NCBI GenBank assembly: GCA_013215285.1
Contig: JABSRD010000001.1
Coordinates: forward strand, 418,919 to 482,918
Origin: Nitrosopumilus sp.
GTDB lineage: Archaea; Thermoproteota; Nitrososphaeria; Nitrososphaerales; Nitrosopumilaceae
DNA: 64,000 nt
Direction: 5' to 3'
The translations under genes and the position numbers were made by a program. Position 1 is the stretch's first letter, and every line of letters begins with the position of its first letter. Under the pieces are notes generated by a model, which worked only from the letters and a program-made list of their open reading frames with translations, was not told the origin of the DNA and searched no databases. This document shows positions 58,698 to 64,000 of this stretch, piece by piece.

Positions 58698-60170
58698 CTA
58701 TAGATTTTGTAAATAGTCTAAAATTAATCTGACGCCAAAACCTGTAGCACCTTTTGGATTGTATGATTTTTCTTTTGTAGCCGCTTGTGTCCATGCAACT
58801 CCTGCAATATCGATATGTGTCCATGGTGTATCTTCAATAGCATTTCTCAAAAATGCAGCAGCGGTTATTGTTCCTGCAGCTCTACCTATTCCAACATTTT
58901 TCATATCTGCAACATCTGATTTTATCATATCCATAAAGTCCTGAGTTAATGGAAGCTCCCAAACTTCTTCTGTAGTCCTTTTAGATGATTCGTTAATTTT
59001 CTTTGTTAGTTTTTCATTATTTGATACAATTCCTGCTACATTGTTACCTAATGCTACAATACATGCACCAGTGAGTGTTGCAAAATCAATTATTACTTTA
59101 GGTGAATAATGTTTTTCTCCATATGATAATGCATCAGATAAAATTAATCTCCCTTCAGCATCTGTATTTAGAATTTCAGCAGTTTTTCCATTATACAACT
59201 TTATGATATCGCCTGGTCTAAATGATTCACCACTAGGCATATTTTCAACTGATGGAACAATTCCAACAACATTAATTGGAAGTTTTAATTCTGAAACTGC
59301 TTTCATTATTCCAATAACTGTACAACCGCCACATTTGTCAAACTTCATCTCATCCATTTTATCACCTGGTTTTAATGAAATTCCACCTGTGTCAAATGTA
59401 ACTGCTTTTCCAACTAGAACTATCGGTTTTTCATTTTTTGGTCCATGATTATGTTCCAATATGATTAATTTTGATTCATTTTTACTTCCTTGCCCAACTG
59501 CTGAAATTCCACCAAAACCTTTCTTTTTTAATTCAGATTCAGATATTATACTGCATTTCATCTTATTTTTTTTAGAAATTATTTTTGCAAAATTTGCTAA
59601 TGTAGTTGGAGTACATTCGTTTGGAGGTAAGTTAGCAATACTTTTTGTAAATATCACACCGTTTGCAATAATTTCAGCTGTTTTGATAGCTTGTGAAATT
59701 TTATTTGATTTTGAAACTATGATTGTTAGATTTGGTGAATTGTTTACTTTTTTGGTCTTAAATTTATCAAATTTATAGAGAGCAATCTTGGAACCTTCTA
59801 TAATTTGAGAAACTGATAAAACTTGATCAGCAACAAAACTTGGTGGCGTAATAACTGAAAATTCTTTTAGTTTTAACTCTCTTGCTTTTTGTGCAATTTT
59901 ACCTGACACAAGTCTGATAGTATCATTTGTTAAATTCTCTTTTTTTCCTAGTCCTGCAAGTAAAATTCTCTGAGCAGGATTTTTTCCAGGTACTGGAATT
60001 ATGTTTATTTCCCCCAATTTACCCTCCATATCTTTTAGAGATTGATTGACTGCTGCAGATATTTTAGTATCAAATTTATTTATTCCTAGAACTTTGTTTG
60101 TATTTTCTAATACAAATCCACAAATAATTTCTGTCTTCTTTTTTGTAGAATTTTCAATTTTTATCTTCAT
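58698..60170 (-). CDS. pepA: Leucyl aminopeptidase (M17)
   Basis: VGKAVTFDTGG, MKFDKCG, NTDAEGRL, ATLTGA, HIDIAG. Confidence 0.95.
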   Translation of the reverse strand: MKIKIENSTKKKTEIICGFVLENTNKVLGINKFDTKISAAVNQSLKDMEGKLGEINIIPVPGKNPAQRILLAGLGKKENLTNDTIRLVSGKIAQKARELKLKEFSVITPPSFVADQVLSVSQIIEGSKIALYKFDKFKTKKVNNSPNLTIIVSKSNKISQAIKTAEIIANGVIFTKSIANLPPNECTPTTLANFAKIISKKNKMKCSIISESELKKKGFGGISAVGQGSKNESKLIILEHNHGPKNEKPIVLVGKAVTFDTGGISLKPGDKMDEMKFDKCGGCTVIGIMKAVSELKLPINVVGIVPSVENMPSGESFRPGDIIKLYNGKTAEILNTDAEGRLILSDALSYGEKHYSPKVIIDFATLTGACIVALGNNVAGIVSNNEKLTKKINESSKRTTEEVWELPLTQDFMDMIKSDVADMKNVGIGRAAGTITAAAFLRNAIEDTPWTHIDIAGVAWTQAATKEKSYNPKGATGFGVRLILDYLQNL

Positions 60171-60208
60171 TATGAAAGTACATTTTCAAGTCTTATTTAG
60201 ATTTATGA

Positions 60209-60355
60209 TTATACTTTGATGCATTCTCTAAGCATCTCATTAATTATGGAAGAAAAGCTAACTGAACTAGCAGTCTCTCTGATTTTCTTTGCTTGTTTGA
60301 CTCTAATTTTTTTTACTATGTCTTCATCAATCATTATGGTTTTTCTTTCAGCCAT
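60209..60355 (-). CDS. Ribbon-helix-helix-like micro-protein (48 aa)
   Basis: Missed by the ORF track. MAERKTIMIDEDIVKKIRVKQAKKIRETASSVSFSSIINEMLRECIKV. Confidence 0.75.
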   Translation of the reverse strand: MAERKTIMIDEDIVKKIRVKQAKKIRETASSVSFSSIINEMLRECIKV

Positions 60356-60399
60356 TTGAAAAATGAAATTTTTATTACATTAAAACCTATTTTTGTTAT

Positions 60400-60810
60400 T
60401 CATTTATGATCTTCATCATCAATAATAATTGTTTTACTGTTAGTTAGTAAACTTGAAGATCTTAGAAAAACTGCTTTGACTGTTTTACAGTCTTGGTTAC
60501 ACTTCTCATCAATTTTCATTGTTGATGATTTTTTTGTTTTTTTTGTAAATATTGATTTTATTAATGGAAATAACGCTGCCCTTCCACCATATGCTCTTGT
60601 TTTATCAATAAACCAAAACATATCCAAAGCAGATTCATCTAAAATTTCATTTCTTATCTTTATTCCAAAATCTGAATAATGTCCAACCATTGTTATTTTA
60701 TTTCTTGTAATGAAATCAACAAATTTTGCAAATTTTACACATGAATAACATTGATCATCAAAAACCACAATTGGGATTACTTCTTTTATTTCCATGATAA
60801 TGTATAACAT
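60400..60810 (-). CDS. DCC/DUF393-like thiol-disulfide oxidoreductase
   Basis: VVFDDQCYSC (DxxCxxC) near the N-terminus. Confidence 0.75.
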   Translation of the reverse strand: MLYIIMEIKEVIPIVVFDDQCYSCVKFAKFVDFITRNKITMVGHYSDFGIKIRNEILDESALDMFWFIDKTRAYGGRAALFPLIKSIFTKKTKKSSTMKIDEKCNQDCKTVKAVFLRSSSLLTNSKTIIIDDEDHK

Positions 60811-60862
60811 CGATCAAATTAAAATTTTACAGAAGTAGATTTTTATTAAATTTATAGTAATA

Positions 60863-62539
60863 ATGGATACGATGGGGCTTAATTATTATCAAATTAAGAA
60901 GAATATTCTTAGAGCTCGTAAATTAGTGATTAAGGGAACTAATACTGCAGGTTCTGGTCATCCTGGAGGATCTTTCTCAATGGCTGAAATTTTAGGTTGT
61001 TTATTTAACAAATATCTCAAATTTGATCCTAAAAATCCTCAATGGGAAGAACGGGATCGTCTAGTTTTATCAAAAGGACACGCTGCACCTGGTTTATTTT
61101 CAAACATGGCAGTTGCAGGATATTTCCCAGAATCTGAAATTGAAACTCTACGAAAATTTGGTAGTAAATTACAAGGTCATCCTGATCTAAAATGCCCTGG
61201 TGTGGAATTTTGTGGGGGATCTTTAGGTACTGGATTGTCTTATTCAATTGGAATTGCTCTTGCAGCAAAAATTAATTCTAAGGATTTTCATGTTTATACA
61301 ATCATTGGAGATGGTGAGTCAAACGAGGGACAAATTTGGGAAGCTGCAATGACTGCCGCAAAATACAAAATTGATAATCTAACTGTATTCCTTGATAGAA
61401 ATTTTATTCAACAAGATTCCTACACTGAAAAAATAATGCCATTAGATGAAAAATTGGAAGGTGATAATCTTTCTGAAATGTGGAAAGATGCATCTCGTTG
61501 GAAAACTGGTGATAAATGGAGATCATTTGGTTGGAATGTAATTGAAATTGATGGTCATAGAATTGAACAAATTAATGCAGCTATAGAAAAAGCAAATGCA
61601 ACAAAAGGAATACCTGCAATGATTATATCCCGAACAATAAAGGGCAAATCTGTAGAACATATGGAAGATAATCCACAATGGCATGGAAAAGCTCCTGATT
61701 CTGATGTAGTTCCAATAATTAATCTTGAATTAGATTCACAATTTATGATTGCGCCATCTATCATTGCAGGTGATATGACAAATTTGGGGAATGAGATTAA
61801 ACGATGTGTTTCTGGCAGGGCTGATTATATTCATCTTGATGTTATGGATGGTCAGTTTGTTCCAACAAAAACTTTTGACCATACTAAAATCAAAGAATTA
61901 AGATCTTTAACTATACTTCCATTTGATTCTCATTTAATGATCAATGAACCTGAAAAACATGTTCAAGATTACATTGATGCTGGAAGTGACATAATTACAG
62001 TTCATGCTGAAGTAACTGATGAATCTAGTTTTGGTGAAATTCATGACTTGCTAAAACAAAATCAAGTTGGTGTAGGTTTTGCAATAAATCCTGATACTGA
62101 TTTACCTGAATGGTCTTACAAATTCTTGCCCTCACTTGATCAAATAATTGTAATGTCGGTAGTACCTGGAAAGTCTGGTCAAAAATACATTGAAGAAACT
62201 CATTCAAAGATGACTAAATTAAATTCTATTCTAAAAGAACACAATTTTTCAGGTTACATTGAGGCTGATGGGGGAGTAAATCTTGAAAATATAGGTTCTA
62301 TATTTGCAGATGGCGCTCGTGCTTTTGTTGGTGGTGGTGCTATTATTGGACAACAAGATGTTAGAATGGCAATTAAGGACTTTAGAAATGAGGTTTTAAA
62401 ATCTAGAAGACACACTTTACTTGATAAAGCCAATGAATTGGGTGGTTCTGACTTAGTAAACAAATGGATTGGTTTGCATGTTGTAGGGGAAAAACAAGAA
62501 CAGATTAAAAAAATCGCACAGGAGGCTGGATACATTTGA
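60863..62539 (+). CDS. Fusion of transketolase N-terminal subunit and ribulose-phosphate 3-epimerase
   Basis: SGHPGG, LSKGHA, GDGE..EG (TPP binding), WHGKAP, then IAPSI, HLDVMDG.FVP, DSHLMI, MSVVPG..GQ, EADGG. Confidence 0.92.
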   Translation: MDTMGLNYYQIKKNILRARKLVIKGTNTAGSGHPGGSFSMAEILGCLFNKYLKFDPKNPQWEERDRLVLSKGHAAPGLFSNMAVAGYFPESEIETLRKFGSKLQGHPDLKCPGVEFCGGSLGTGLSYSIGIALAAKINSKDFHVYTIIGDGESNEGQIWEAAMTAAKYKIDNLTVFLDRNFIQQDSYTEKIMPLDEKLEGDNLSEMWKDASRWKTGDKWRSFGWNVIEIDGHRIEQINAAIEKANATKGIPAMIISRTIKGKSVEHMEDNPQWHGKAPDSDVVPIINLELDSQFMIAPSIIAGDMTNLGNEIKRCVSGRADYIHLDVMDGQFVPTKTFDHTKIKELRSLTILPFDSHLMINEPEKHVQDYIDAGSDIITVHAEVTDESSFGEIHDLLKQNQVGVGFAINPDTDLPEWSYKFLPSLDQIIVMSVVPGKSGQKYIEETHSKMTKLNSILKEHNFSGYIEADGGVNLENIGSIFADGARAFVGGGAIIGQQDVRMAIKDFRNEVLKSRRHTLLDKANELGGSDLVNKWIGLHVVGEKQEQIKKIAQEAGYI

Positions 62540-63510
62540 ATGATCCTGTAATGACTGACATGCGTTCAGAATATTCCAAAGCTTTGATTCAAGTTGGACG
62601 AGATAATCCTAATGTTGTAGTTTTAGGTGCAGACACAACTGATTCATTAAAGACATCTAATTTTGGAAAAGAATTCCCAAATAGATTTTTCAATGTTGGA
62701 ATTGCTGAAGCAAATCTTGTAACTATTTCTGCTGGATTAGCCGTATCTGGAAAAATTCCATTTGCTAGTACTTATGCAATATTTTTACCTGGAAGAGCAG
62801 TTGATCAAATTCGAAATAATATTGCATATCCTTCTCCTTTGGGAAAAAAAGGTCTTAATGTAAAATTAGTTGTATCTCATGGTGGATTGTCTGTTGGACC
62901 TGATGGTGGTTCACATCAACAACTTGAAGATATTGCAATAATGAGAGTAATTCCTAATTTTCGAGTTTTCATTCCATCTGACACTGTTACTGTTTCTAAA
63001 TTAACTCATTTAATGGCAAATGAGTATGGTCCATTTTACATGAGAATGACAAGATCAAAAACACCTTTAATTCATTCAGAGTCTCAGGATTTTCAAATTG
63101 GAAAAGCAATTACTCTAAGAGATGGGTCTGATTGTACAATTGCTGCATGTGGAATCACTGTAAGGATGGCTTTGGAGGCTGCAGAGTCATTACAACAAGA
63201 AGGTATCTCCTGTAGAGTTTTAGATATGTTTTCTATAAAACCAATTGACAATGAAATTTTAGAAAAAACAGCACGAGACACAGGATGTATTGTTACTACT
63301 GAGGAACATAATATTTTTGGTGGAATGGGCTCAGCTGTTACTGAATCTGTTTCAGAATCATATCCTGTACCTGTAAAACGAATTGGAGTTCAAGATATGT
63401 TTGGAGAATCAGCTAGAGATAACGAAATTCATTTACTATTTGAAAAACATGGAATAACATCTTTTAATATAGCAAAACAAGTCAAAGAAATTAGGAGTAA
63501 AAAATTATGA
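62536..63510 (+). CDS. Transketolase C-terminal subunit
   Basis: FNVGIAEAN, GPDGGSHQ, EEHNIFGGMGS. Confidence 0.93.
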   Translation: MNDPVMTDMRSEYSKALIQVGRDNPNVVVLGADTTDSLKTSNFGKEFPNRFFNVGIAEANLVTISAGLAVSGKIPFASTYAIFLPGRAVDQIRNNIAYPSPLGKKGLNVKLVVSHGGLSVGPDGGSHQQLEDIAIMRVIPNFRVFIPSDTVTVSKLTHLMANEYGPFYMRMTRSKTPLIHSESQDFQIGKAITLRDGSDCTIAACGITVRMALEAAESLQQEGISCRVLDMFSIKPIDNEILEKTARDTGCIVTTEEHNIFGGMGSAVTESVSESYPVPVKRIGVQDMFGESARDNEIHLLFEKHGITSFNIAKQVKEIRSKKL

Positions 63511-64000
63511 AGATTTTTCTTGACACTGCTAATCTTGAATCTATTAAAAAATTTAATGATATGGGATTGCTAGATGGAATTACTACTAACCCTTCTTTAT
63601 TATCAAAAGAAGGCGGTAACCCAAAAAATGCAATGGAAGAAATTACAAAAATTATCAAGGGAGATGTTAGTCTTGAAGTTGTTAGTACTGAATATTCTGG
63701 AATGATCGAAGAAGGTAAACGTCTTCGTGAATATGGTGATAATGTTGTAGTGAAAGTTCCTATGACTCCTGACGGTCTAAAAGCTTGTAAGTCACTTTCT
63801 TCAGAAGGAATTCCTGTTAATGTCACATTGATATTTTCCTCAAATCAAGCTTTACTTGCTGCAAAATCTGGCGCAAAATATGTTAGTCCATTTATTGGAA
63901 GACTAGATGATATTGGCCAAAATGGAATGCATTTGATTAAAGAAATCAAAGAAATATTTTCTAATTATAATTTTGGAACCCAAATACTTGTTGCAAGTAT
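63507..64000 (+). CDS. tal: Transaldolase (FSA/TalC type), truncated by window edge
   Basis: MKIFLDTAN, GITTNPSL, VVKVPMT, NVTLIFS.NQALLAA..GA.YVSPFIGRLDD. Confidence 0.93.
   Translation, partial: MKIFLDTANLESIKKFNDMGLLDGITTNPSLLSKEGGNPKNAMEEITKIIKGDVSLEVVSTEYSGMIEEGKRLREYGDNVVVKVPMTPDGLKACKSLSSEGIPVNVTLIFSSNQALLAAKSGAKYVSPFIGRLDDIGQNGMHLIKEIKEIFSNYNFGTQILVAS

Overview
AT-rich archaeal chromosome segment from an ammonia-oxidising archaeon of the Nitrosopumilaceae type (Nitrososphaerota/Thaumarchaeota). The assignment rests on gene content: 3-hydroxypropionate/4-hydroxybutyrate cycle genes (4-hydroxybutyryl-CoA dehydratase next to an ADP-forming acyl-CoA ligase, and a three-gene acetyl/propionyl-CoA carboxylase), an 11-subunit complex I operon without nuoEFG, a stand-alone 5S rRNA, and non-oxidative pentose phosphate genes. 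The window is mostly core genome. It has 7 tRNAs (one with a BHB intron at 59/60), about 75 CDS and several micro-proteins missed by the ORF track. Notable items: (1) a dual-guide box C/D sRNA at about 51954-52018 whose two guides appear to target adjacent 23S rRNA sites; (2) a second structured ncRNA candidate at about 24296-24390 with its own TATA box and T-tract; (3) a K-turn that overlaps the Shine-Dalgarno sequence of rpl7ae; (4) a decayed 1.95-kb tRNA-integrated element whose integrase is cut off by an IS6-like fragment; (5) a frameshift inside a 12-bp tandem repeat in nuoC; (6) a HemA paralogue lacking the catalytic Cys; (7) a CcdA-like/YHS/glutaredoxin/His-rich cluster and a Met/His-rich secreted protein, both suggestive of copper or redox handling. 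No CRISPR array was seen. All family assignments come from motif recognition, not database searches.
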